A DNA stretch of 63,081 nucleotides, the filler included, from Nemertoderma westbladi (taxonomy: Eukaryota; Animalia; Xenacoelomorpha), in NCBI GenBank assembly GCA_032718475.1. It is 4 parts of 4 records of this genome, joined end to end, with 100 filler letters (N's around TTAATTAATTAA, not from the genome) between each part and the next. Parts side by side here need not be neighbours in the genome. Positions count along the whole stretch, not along the records: positions 1 to 24,631 come from JAUCBJ010008905.1; 3 more parts are not named here. One strand, written 5' to 3'. Position numbers and translations under genes: made by a program. The stretch's first letter is position 1, and each line of letters opens with the position of its first letter. Positions 12,297 to 22,646 of the stretch are shown here, in pieces. A model generated the notes under the pieces. That model saw only the letters and a program-made list of their open reading frames with translations. It made no database searches and was not told where the DNA came from.

Positions 12297-13157
12297 CCCT
12301 ATTTGGGCCGGGGTGGTCATTTTAGAAATTTTTTTGGAACTCAACTGTATCTTTAAGCCAGGTATGGTGAAAAAGCCAGATTTCGCGACATTTCCTAAAA
12401 TTCAATGGGCTATCCACCAGCGCAAACGCCAAAAACGTACCAAATGGTAGTTTTCGTGTTGTCCCAGTCTGGCACTCATCTACAGTAATTTTCGCGCGCG
12501 AAAATTTTTTCAAAAGTTTTAATAGCTCGATAAAATTAATTTATTTGCGGTATATGGCGGTTTTTTTAGATGCTGATCACGATTTTAGAACTCAGATATA
12601 ACATACGAGAAAATTTCTAGTAATTTTGAATGTGCCCACAAGTATTGCAAATATGATAATAAAAAATCACCACAAATCAAATTGATTTTATGACATTAGG
12701 GGATTGCCGGGATGCTGATTGTGGATATGACACTCATATCATATCATATCCGATTCATTGTGGCATTTTTGGACATGTGCCAATTTGGAACGAAAAATAC
12801 AAGTACCGGTAGCACAAATTGATAAAAATTAAATGTTTACACTTCCATTAAATATTCTTAACAAGTTCTATCGTGATCAGCGACCTCGACCCGATAGCTT
12901 CAGAATTTTCCATCCAAACACAACGTGTGTTAGTTTAAAATTTTTTCACTTGTACTTTTCGTCCTGGGGCGGGGCCAGAATAGTGCATAGTGCAACAAAA
13001 TGATGGCTGCAATGCCAGAAAATATTTTTAACGTTATCAGCGACCTCGAAAACCCTTATACCACAAAATTGTTATTTTTCAGCCAAGATCTAAAACAATT
13101 CCAAAAATGACAACCAACCCAGGGCCAATTAGTAAAAATAGACTTAACCAGATAGGG
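12297..13157. mobile_element. Non-autonomous piggyBac-like element
   Basis: TTAA at 12293-12296 and 13158-13161; TIRs ccctatttgg / ccagataggg; imperfect subterminal inverted repeats. Confidence 0.75.
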
Positions 13158-13581
13158 TTAAGGCCCCCAAGTACCCCCTCCCCACCAGCCCCATAATCAA
13201 TTTCTCCCGCTTCTGGGCCACTCTCACTCTCACACCAAAACTCCCCCCAAGCTGCTGATTGATCTCATTAGTAAACGTGGCTTTAGAAATTTAAAAAATA
13301 CGTTTATTTCACAAAAAATTATAAAGGGTAATGGTCATAAACAGACTCTTCGAAAAGCATAAACAAAGAACTTAAACGGCTTTCTATTTATTTAAAAAAA
13401 ATGGAATTCGTTGCCAGGGATATATTGATTTGTAATGCTAAATATAGATCTTAACTGGAAAAATAGTGGGGGAATGTAATTTGTTCTTAAAACAGTATAA
13501 CTTCTCCAGTCCAACCAAGAAGACACATTGCTGTAAATCGCAAAATAATGGAGCGACCCAACTTGATTGTAATACATCCAA

Positions 13582-16500
13582 CCCCCCTACCCCTACTCTA
13601 CTCACCTAATTGAGTCCGCGAGGTATTTACCCTCCTACCCCTCCCGACTCTACTCACCTAATGGAGTCCGCGAGGTATTTACCCTCCTACCCCTCCCTAC
13701 TCTACTCACCTAATGGAGTCCGCGAGGTATTTACCCTCCTACCCCTCCCTACTCTACTCACCTAATTGAGTCCGCGAGGTATTTACCCTCCTACCCCTAC
13801 TCTACTCACCTAATTGAGTCTGCGAGGTATTTACCCTCCTACCCCTCCCTACTCTACTCACCTAATTGAGTCCGCGAGGTATTTACCCTCCTATCCCTCC
13901 CTACTCTACTCACCTAATTGAGTCCGCGAGGTATTTACCCTCCTACCCCTCCCTACTCTACTCACCTAATTGAGTCCGCGAGGTATTTACCCTCCTACCC
14001 CTACTCTACTCACCTAATTGAGTCTGCGAGGTATTTACCCTCCTACCCCTCCCTACTCTACTCACCTAATTGAGTCCGCGAGGTATTTACCCTCCTACCC
14101 CTCCCTACTCTACTCACCTAATTGAGTCCGCGAGGTATTTACCCTCCTACCCCTCCCTACTCTACTCACCTAATGGAGTCCGCGAGGTATTTACCCCCCT
14201 ACCCCTCCCGACTCTACTCACCTAATTGAGTCCGCGAGGTATTTACCCTCCTACCCCTCCCCACTCTACTCACCTAATGGAGTCCGCGAGGTATTTACCC
14301 TCCTACCCCTCCCTACTCTACTCACCTAATGGAGTCCGCGAGGTATTTACCCTCCTACCCCTCCCTACTCTACTCACCTAATGGAGTCCGCGAGGTATTT
14401 ACCCTCCTACCCCTCCCTACTCTACTCACCTAATGGAGTCCGCGAGGTATTTACCCTCCTACCCACCCCTACTCTACTCACCTAATTGAGTCCGCGAGGT
14501 ATTTACCCTCCTACCCCTCCCTACTCTACTCACCTAATGGAGTCCGCGAGGTATTTACCCTCCTACCCCTCCCTACTCTACTCACCTAATGGAGTCCGCG
14601 AGGTATTTACCCTCCTAGCCCTCCCTACTCTACTCACCTAATGGAGTCCGCGAGGTATTTACCCTCCTACCCCTCCCTACTCTACTCACCTAATGGAGCC
14701 CGCGAGGTATTTACCCTCCTACCCCTCCCTACTCTACTCACCTAATGGAGTCCGCGAGGTATTTACCCTCCTAGCCCTCCCTACTCTACTCACCTAATGG
14801 AGTCCGCGAGGTATTTACCCTCCTACCCCTCCCTACTCTACTCACCTAATTGAGTCCGTGAGGTATTTACCCTCCTACCCCTCCCTACTCTACTCACCTA
14901 ATTGAGTCCGCGAGGTATTTACCCTCCTACCCCTACTCTACTCACCTAATGGAGTCCGCGAGGTATTTACCCTCCTACCCCTCCCTACTCTACTCACCTA
15001 ATGGAGTCCGCGAGGTATTTACCCTCCTACCCCTCCCTACTCTACTCACCTAATGGAGTCCGCGAGGTATTTACCCTCCTACCCCTCCCTACTCTTTACC
15101 CTCCTACTCTACTCTACTCACCTAATGGAGTCCGCGAGGTATTTACCCTCCTACCCCTCCCTACTCTACTCACCTAATGGAGTCCGCGAGGTATTTACCC
15201 TCCTATCCCTCCCTACTCTACTCACCTAATTGAGTCCGCGAGGTATTTACCCTCCTACCCCTCCCTACTCTACTCACCTAATGGAGTCCGCGAGGTATTT
15301 ACCCTCCTACCCCTCCCTACTCTACTCACCTAATTGAGTCCGCGAGGTATTTACCCTCCTACCCCTCCCTACTCTACTCACCCAATGGAGTCCGCGAGGT
15401 ATTTACCCTCCTACCCCTCCCTACTCTACTCACCTAATTGAGTCCGCGAGGTATTTACCCTCCTACCCCTCCCTACTCTACTCACCTAATGGAGTCCGCG
15501 AGGTATTTACCCTCCTACCCCTCCCTACTCTACTCACCTAATGGAGTCCGCGAGGTATTTACCCTCCTACCCCTCCCTACTCTACTCACCTAATGGAGTC
15601 CGCGAGGTATTTACCCTCCTACCCCTCCCTACTCTACTCACCTAATGGAGTCCGCGAGGTATTTACCCTCCTACCCCTCCCTACTCTACTCACCTAATGG
15701 AGTCCGCGAGGTATTTACCCTCCTACCCCCCCCTACTCTACTCACCTAATGGAGTCCGCGAGGTATTTACCCTCCTACCCCTCCCTACTCTACTCACCTA
15801 ATGGAGTCCGCGAGGTATTTACCCTCCTACCCCTCCCCACTCTACTCACCTAATGGAGTCCGCGAGGTATTTACCCCCCTACCCCTCCCTACTCTACTCA
15901 CCTAATTGAGTCCGCGAGGTATTTACCCTCCTACCCCTCCCTACTCTACTCACCTAATGGAGTCCGCGAGGTATTTACCCTCCTACCCCTCCCTACTCTA
16001 CTCACCTAATTGAGTCCGCGAGGTATTTACCCTCCTACCCCTCCCTACTCTACTCACCTAATGGAGTCCGCGAGGTATTTACCCTCCTACCCCTCCCTAC
16101 TCTACTCACCTAATGGAGTCCGCGAGGTGTTTACCCTCCTACCCCTCCCTACTCTACTCACCTAATTGAGTCCGCGAGGTATTTACCCTCCTACCCCTCC
16201 CTACTCTACTCACCTAATGGAGTCCGCGAGGTATTTACCCTCCTACCCCTCCCTACTCTACTCACCTAATGGAGTCCGCGAGGTATTTACCCTCCTACCC
16301 CTCCCTACTCTACTCACCTAATGGAGTCCGCGAGGTATTTACCCTCCTACCCCTCCCTACTCTACTCACCTAATTGAGTCCGCGAGGTATTTACCCTCCT
16401 ACCCCTCCCTACTCTACTCACCTAATTGAGTCCGCGAGGTATTTACCCTCCTACCCCTCCCTACTCTACTCACCTAATGGAGTCCGCGAGGTATTTACCC

Positions 16501-17408
16501 TCCTACCCCTCCCTACTCTACTCACCTAATGGAGTCCGCGAGGTATTTACCCTCCTACCCCTCCCTACTCTACTCACCTAATGGAGTCCGCGAGGTATTT
16601 ACCCTCCTACCCCTCCCTACTCTACTCACCTAATGGAGTCCGCGAGGTATTTACCCTCCTACCCCTCCCTACTCTACTCACCTAATGGAGTCCGCGAGGT
16701 ATTTACCCTCCTACCCCCCCCTACTCTACTCACCTAATGGAGTCCGCGAGGTATTTACCCTCCTACCCCTCCCTACTCTACTCACCTAATGGAGTCCGCG
16801 AGGTATTTACCCTCCTACCCCTCCCCACTCTACTCACCTAATGGAGTCCGCGAGGTATTTACCCCCCTACCCCTCCCTACTCTACTCACCTAATTGAGTC
16901 CGCGAGGTATTTACCCTCCTACCCCTCCCTACTCTACTCACCTAATGGAGTCCGCGAGGTATTTACCCTCCTACCCCTCCCTACTCTACTCACCTAATTG
17001 AGTCCGCGAGGTATTTACCCTCCTACCCCTCCCTACTCTACTCACCTAATGGAGTCCGCGAGGTATTTACCCTCCTACCCCTCCCTACTCTACTCACCTA
17101 ATGGAGTCCGCGAGGTGTTTACCCTCCTACCCCTCCCTACTCTACTCACCTAATTGAGTCCGCGAGGTATTTACCCTCCTACCCCTCCCTACTCTACTCA
17201 CCTAATGGAGTCCGCGAGGTATTTACCCTCCTACCCCTCCCTACTCTACTCACCTAATGGAGTCCGCGAGGTATTTACCCTCCTACCCCTCCCTACTCTA
17301 CTCACCTAATGGAGTCCGCGAGGTATTTACCCTCCTACCCCTCCCTACTCTACTCACCTAATTGAGTCCGCGAGGTATTTACCCCGTATCCGGGTATCCG
17401 CGAGGTAT
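13582..17408 (-). repeat. 52-bp minisatellite (~73 copies); unit = PSMB2 exon end + splice donor
   Basis: Minus-strand unit gggt-aaatacctcgcggactc(a/c)attag|gtgagtagagtagggaggggtagga; exonic part reads KYLADSI(R) and joins in phase to SQEPMNVN. Confidence 0.93.
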
Positions 17409-17642
17409 GTAGATTGGTCAATGCAGCAATAGCTGAGTGGCCAGACTCTGACCTATATCTTGAACTCTTGCTAAGTACAGACTGCTGGATTGCAATACAG
17501 CAATATTAACTGCAACAATACCCAGACTCACCTGCCCACTATTACACCCGTCGACCCGCTGCTGCGTTTAGCCAGCCAGCCAAGTCGTCTGCACTATCAG
17601 CCCGTGGTCTGCTTCTTCAAGAGCAAAGAGCAAGACTGCAAG

Positions 17643-20600
17643 ATGGTAGTAAAACACTCTCCCAGAAAGGAGCCACTACCGGCACGCTCATTACGGAGCA
17701 ATGGGCCTCCATCCGACCCGGACGGTATACCGAATGTGCCCAACGGGCACGGGTGGCGAAGCGGCGTTCCTATTCCTGTCCGGACTAAGGTCGCCTCCTC
17801 CGCGGGTTTACCTTACGGGAGGATGACGATCTCCTCCTCGGGTTTACCTTCCGGGACAACGACGATCTCCTCCGCGGGTTTACCTTCCGGGACAACGACG
17901 ATCTCCTCCGCGGGTTTACCTTCCGGGACAACGACGATCTCATCCGCGGGTTTACCTTCTGGGACAACGACGACCTCCTCCGCGGGTTTACCCTCCGGGA
18001 CAACGACGATCTCATCCGCGGGTTTACCTTCTGGGACAACGACGATCTCCTCAGCGGGTTTACCTTCCGGGACAACGACGATCTCCTCCACGGGTTTACC
18101 TTCCGGGACAACGACGATCTCCTCCGCGGGTTTACCTTCCGGGACAACGACGATCTCATCCGCCGGTTTACCTTCCGGGACAACGACGACCTCCTCCGCG
18201 GGTCTACCTTCCGGGACAACGACGATCTCCTCCACGGGTTTACCTTCCGGGACAACGACGATCTCATCCGCGGGTTTACCTTCCGGGAGGATGACGATCT
18301 CCTCCTCGGGTGTACCTTCCGGGACAACGACGATCTCCTCCGCGGGTTTACCTTCCGGGAGAACGACGATGATCTCACCCGCGGGTTTACCTTCCGGGAC
18401 AACGACGACCTCATCTGCGGGTTTACCTTCCGGGACAACGACGATCTCCTCCGCGGGTTTAACTTCCGGAATGACGACGACCTCCTCTGCGGGTTTACCT
18501 TCCGGGAGGATGACGATCTCTTCCACGGGTTTACATATCCGTGTCGGGAGTGCAGTTGCAACGGCAGAAAACGGAACCTCTTCGGAACCCCCAGGTCAGG
18601 TAGGTCCGGGCAACCATACAGCCAATGACCTGTCCTGGGGGTGTCTGGATAATGACCCAGACTGTAATTCCACCCATCCGTCACCGGACTCTCTAAGAAA
18701 TGGAGATAAGATAAGTCTGGAGTTTGTTAATAATACTGTACCGGTACTATCTCATATTAAGCATTATTTTAATAGTGAACTGTCTGTTAGTACTTCGGAC
18801 CCACATATTTTTAGTAAGAACCCATACAGTAATAATCTACCGGTGTACACATCTCCAACATCAGTAAACCTAATTCCGTCTAATTCATTCATACAACCAA
18901 TACACCTGCAATCACTCCCTAATGCGCACTTTACACCAACCTCTATTAACACATGCCAAGGCCAACCACCAACAGCCTTGAACTACAATAGTATAAAAAA
19001 TATAAAGTCTACAAGACCTAACAAGACGGGAATTGCTACAATAATTGATGAATTGGCCATGAAAGTTGACAACGAAACCGCATCAATTTATGTCCAAACA
19101 AGTAACGAAACTCTCTTGACAACCGCTGGTTACAGGGTCGACGAAACTCCTTCTAATCTTTCAGTTTCAATGGGGAATGCAGTAGACGAAATCACTCCCA
19201 TTTCAACTGTCGAAACTCTCGTAGCAAACGCCAGTGACAGAATTGACGAAACGTTATCCACACCTGTCGTTACAGCGGTCGAAACTCTCTCTACAATTTC
19301 AGGGAATGTAACTGACAAAATCCCGCCCAATTCCGTCACAACAACTGCCGAAACTATCTCAGTAAGCCCTGGTGACAGCACTGACGAAACGTTTTCCACA
19401 CCGGTCTTTACGACTGCCGAAACTCTCTCAACAAACACCAGTGATAGAACTGACGAAACATTTTCCACACAATCAGTTACAATCGGCGAAACTCACTCTA
19501 CAATCCCAGGGAATGAAACTTACAAAATCCTCATCAATGCTGTTACAACAACTGCTGAAACTCTCTCAACAAACGCAGGTGGCAGAACTGACGAAACGTT
19601 TCGCACCCCAGTCATTACAACTGCCGAAACTCTCTCAGTAAACACAAGTGACAGAACTGACGAAACGTTTTCCACACCTGTGATTACACCGGTCGAAACT
19701 TTTTCGACAGCTTCCCAGAATGAAGCTGACGAAATCTCCTACACTGATGTTACAACATCTGGCGAATCTCTGCCAACAACTGCTGACGGCCGAGTTGGCG
19801 AAACGCTTCCTACACCGGCAGATACTGTGGACGAAACTCTCCCCCCAATTTCCAATTATGTGAAAAAGATAAGAAATGTTATACATGGACAAGGTACAAA
19901 TAATTATCCATCAGGGATAGGAGATAAGTTTAAACCAAATATTAACGCAGCTCCCTTTCAACCACCTCCCCGGTCATCTAGCGATGTTGGAAATGCATTA
20001 TTGACAAAAGATTCAATCGGTAGTACGACTTCTATTATTACTGAAAATATTGAGGTGTACCCTTGTAGTCCTACAAAGGTGAATGTTGACAGAACAGAAG
20101 ACATAATTTCATATCTATCTTCTCTGAATGGAGACACTTACAGCAATAATGGAATCACGATTCCAACTCAGCAAGACCTATGTGCTCTGCAACCTGAAAC
20201 CTGGCTTACTGACACTATTGTTGATGGATTTTTGGGTTTAATCGAGAGACACTTCCATCATGTGGCAGCTATGCCCATATATCTCACCCTGAGGCTGCAA
20301 ACACAAAATTTTGATATGCTAAGTGCAATTAAATATACCGCCAGACGATACCTAGGCATAGGTATGTTAAGAAAACCAGAGTGGCTATTCTTCCCAGAAT
20401 GCGTAAGCACAACTCCAGGTGAAATCGGCAATCATTTCATTATCCATGTTGCCAACACAACTGATAATACCGTTACATGCCTCGACCCTCTTGGTCGGAA
20501 TCTACCCAACAAAACCACTTTCGAGATTATAAAGTTGCTAAATAAGATAGATTGCCTAAAGCAAGTCAACTACTGTAGTTCTGCCAATGATAAAACGGCC

Positions 20601-22646
20601 AGACAATGGAGATCGACGGTTTCATACAAAACATATGCATTGCAGAACAATTCGTACGATTGTGGAGTCTTCATCTGTTTTTATGCCCTGTGCATTGCAC
20701 AGTCTTTGGACAAAATACCAAAACTAGTGAGAGAAGACAGTGAACAATGCCGACAATGGATCCGTAGATGCTTCACAGATTGTAAACTAGTTGCCCATGA
20801 CCACTTATTTCGACACCCAACCAGTAAATTAGTATATAACCAGACATCTGCGTCAGAGATAGAGATATCCCGCTCAACATCTCATAGCGGCATAAAACAA
20901 CAAACACTATCATGCTTTCCAACCTATGATGTATTTGATATCAGTCCCTTACTAAACCAACCAAAGAAAAAGTGTATCAAAGCATTTATGGGTCTAAGCG
21001 ACGAGAAAAGAATAAGGCTTAGAGGGCTATTATTTCATGAAGTTAAACAACTCATGATGCCTACACAATCTGTATCCCTTGAACTAAACACAAGGACATC
21101 ACCAAAAGAAATATCAGCTGACATATGGGAATTGGTTCAATGCATGCGTGACAGAATATTCACGGAAATCTGCCGGAAGCGTCTTAAGAAAATTAATATC
21201 AACAATGACAATTCTAACTCGTATGATCAGCTAAAACAAGATCTGATCACAGCTGTCGCAGTAATACAAACAAAGATTTGTAATATTGAGAATCAAAATG
21301 TGCTACTAAAGGAGGAAATTATCAAACTTAAGGAAGAAGTTAATCACGGTAGGCATTCTCGAATTGTACTAGAGGCGAAGGTAATGGATCTGGAACGGTT
21401 GGCCTTGAATACTGCTGATTCTGCTTCCTCACATTTCATTGCTGTCGAATCCGCCGACTGTTCGATAAATGACCGCAATTCCCCTGTCAGCACTAATGGA
21501 GTGTCGTCATATACGGAACATGCCACTCGGAGTAAAGAACAACTCCCAATGAATACTGTGTTCCAAAACAAAAAACCACAACCGCTAAAGACAAGCAGCA
21601 AATACAGCCCACTATTAGATTCAAAAGCTGATATTATCATTAACCATAACCAACCTCCACCAAAACATATATCCGAAGCAACTGCACGCACTGACCGACA
21701 CAAAGAAAACCCAACTAAAAATGAACTCCAAAGCAATTATGTTAGACCCAGTTTATTTTCGGGCTCCGGTGATAATTTACTCTACAAAAAGCATGTATCT
21801 AAACCGCCTATTCATACAACCAATCAACCCAGTTCCAACTACGACTATAACAAAAGACAAACTCATTCGCATAGAGACAACCAACGTTATCGACCCTGGG
21901 ATAATAGACGAGCACAGAGGCTCACTCCCAAACCATTACGACCTCAACCAGCCACCCATAAACCTCCTAAACCGCCTATTCGTACAACCAATCAACCCAG
22001 TTCCAATTACGACTATAACAAAAGACAAACTCATTCGCATAGAGACAACCAACGCTATCGACCCTGGGATAATAGACGAGCAGAGAGGCTCACCCCCAAA
22101 CCATTACGACCTCAACCAGCCACCCATAAACCAGTGTCCACAACCATTCACAGCGAGTATCAACCGGGCCAACCATCATTTGTAAATGAAATAAACAGGC
22201 AAGCCGTTGATAGAAACCAACATGACTATGATGAAGTCTCGTATCATTCCAAGTCCGACGAAAGACAACGACATATAGTAGACAAGCATGGAGTCATGGA
22301 AAATGAATACACCTCTCCTCAACGTGACACCAATAACTCAAGTATTCCGTATTACTCATATCTCTACGTCACAGGTATAAATAGATGTAACAACGAAAAT
22401 GACATCGCTGGATATCTCGCCAGTCGAAACATCGCCCTATACAATACTCGAACTATCCAATCCCGTCTGCATAATACAATGCGCTTAACCGTTGATTCAG
22501 TGGCAGAACAAACACTACTGCAAGACAGCTTCTGGCCTCAAGGAATATCCTGCAGACTATGGCGCAGCAATGGAACAAAGAGTTATAAGGATGCTTTGTT
22601 GAACATGAACTTGGGTGGTCGATTATCAAGGAGGTGTAATCTTTAA
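17643..22646 (+). CDS. LINE ORF1: 12-aa and ~23-aa Ser/Thr repeats, Ulp1/SENP (C48) protease domain, coiled coil, 56-aa duplication, C-terminal RRM-like domain
   Basis: First ATG at 17643; DLCALQPETWLTDTIVDGF..GNHF..LDPL..QNNSYDCGVF; YLYVTG..SFWPQGISCRLWR resembles LINE ORF1 RRM-like ends. Confidence 0.85.
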   Translation: MVVKHSPRKEPLPARSLRSNGPPSDPDGIPNVPNGHGWRSGVPIPVRTKVASSAGLPYGRMTISSSGLPSGTTTISSAGLPSGTTTISSAGLPSGTTTISSAGLPSGTTTTSSAGLPSGTTTISSAGLPSGTTTISSAGLPSGTTTISSTGLPSGTTTISSAGLPSGTTTISSAGLPSGTTTTSSAGLPSGTTTISSTGLPSGTTTISSAGLPSGRMTISSSGVPSGTTTISSAGLPSGRTTMISPAGLPSGTTTTSSAGLPSGTTTISSAGLTSGMTTTSSAGLPSGRMTISSTGLHIRVGSAVATAENGTSSEPPGQVGPGNHTANDLSWGCLDNDPDCNSTHPSPDSLRNGDKISLEFVNNTVPVLSHIKHYFNSELSVSTSDPHIFSKNPYSNNLPVYTSPTSVNLIPSNSFIQPIHLQSLPNAHFTPTSINTCQGQPPTALNYNSIKNIKSTRPNKTGIATIIDELAMKVDNETASIYVQTSNETLLTTAGYRVDETPSNLSVSMGNAVDEITPISTVETLVANASDRIDETLSTPVVTAVETLSTISGNVTDKIPPNSVTTTAETISVSPGDSTDETFSTPVFTTAETLSTNTSDRTDETFSTQSVTIGETHSTIPGNETYKILINAVTTTAETLSTNAGGRTDETFRTPVITTAETLSVNTSDRTDETFSTPVITPVETFSTASQNEADEISYTDVTTSGESLPTTADGRVGETLPTPADTVDETLPPISNYVKKIRNVIHGQGTNNYPSGIGDKFKPNINAAPFQPPPRSSSDVGNALLTKDSIGSTTSIITENIEVYPCSPTKVNVDRTEDIISYLSSLNGDTYSNNGITIPTQQDLCALQPETWLTDTIVDGFLGLIERHFHHVAAMPIYLTLRLQTQNFDMLSAIKYTARRYLGIGMLRKPEWLFFPECVSTTPGEIGNHFIIHVANTTDNTVTCLDPLGRNLPNKTTFEIIKLLNKIDCLKQVNYCSSANDKTARQWRSTVSYKTYALQNNSYDCGVFICFYALCIAQSLDKIPKLVREDSEQCRQWIRRCFTDCKLVAHDHLFRHPTSKLVYNQTSASEIEISRSTSHSGIKQQTLSCFPTYDVFDISPLLNQPKKKCIKAFMGLSDEKRIRLRGLLFHEVKQLMMPTQSVSLELNTRTSPKEISADIWELVQCMRDRIFTEICRKRLKKININNDNSNSYDQLKQDLITAVAVIQTKICNIENQNVLLKEEIIKLKEEVNHGRHSRIVLEAKVMDLERLALNTADSASSHFIAVESADCSINDRNSPVSTNGVSSYTEHATRSKEQLPMNTVFQNKKPQPLKTSSKYSPLLDSKADIIINHNQPPPKHISEATARTDRHKENPTKNELQSNYVRPSLFSGSGDNLLYKKHVSKPPIHTTNQPSSNYDYNKRQTHSHRDNQRYRPWDNRRAQRLTPKPLRPQPATHKPPKPPIRTTNQPSSNYDYNKRQTHSHRDNQRYRPWDNRRAERLTPKPLRPQPATHKPVSTTIHSEYQPGQPSFVNEINRQAVDRNQHDYDEVSYHSKSDERQRHIVDKHGVMENEYTSPQRDTNNSSIPYYSYLYVTGINRCNNENDIAGYLASRNIALYNTRTIQSRLHNTMRLTVDSVAEQTLLQDSFWPQGISCRLWRSNGTKSYKDALLNMNLGGRLSRRCNL
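17790..18535 (+). repeat. 36-bp coding tandem repeat (SSAGLPSGTTTI), ~20 copies
   Basis: Visible in DNA and in the translation. Confidence 0.95.

Noticed and set aside
13392-13577. 61-aa ORF with an acceptor-like site as an extra PSMB2 exon
   Set aside because: No similarity to PSMB2 in any frame, and LADSIR joins directly to SQEP
13582-17408. 52-bp array as a CRISPR array, telomeric repeat, or LINE 5' promoter monomers
   Set aside because: No unique spacers or cas genes in this eukaryotic context; the unit is explained by the PSMB2 exon end plus donor
17785-18684. Antisense ORFs (299 aa, 237 aa) over the ORF1 repeats
   Set aside because: By-products of a stop-free 36-bp repeat
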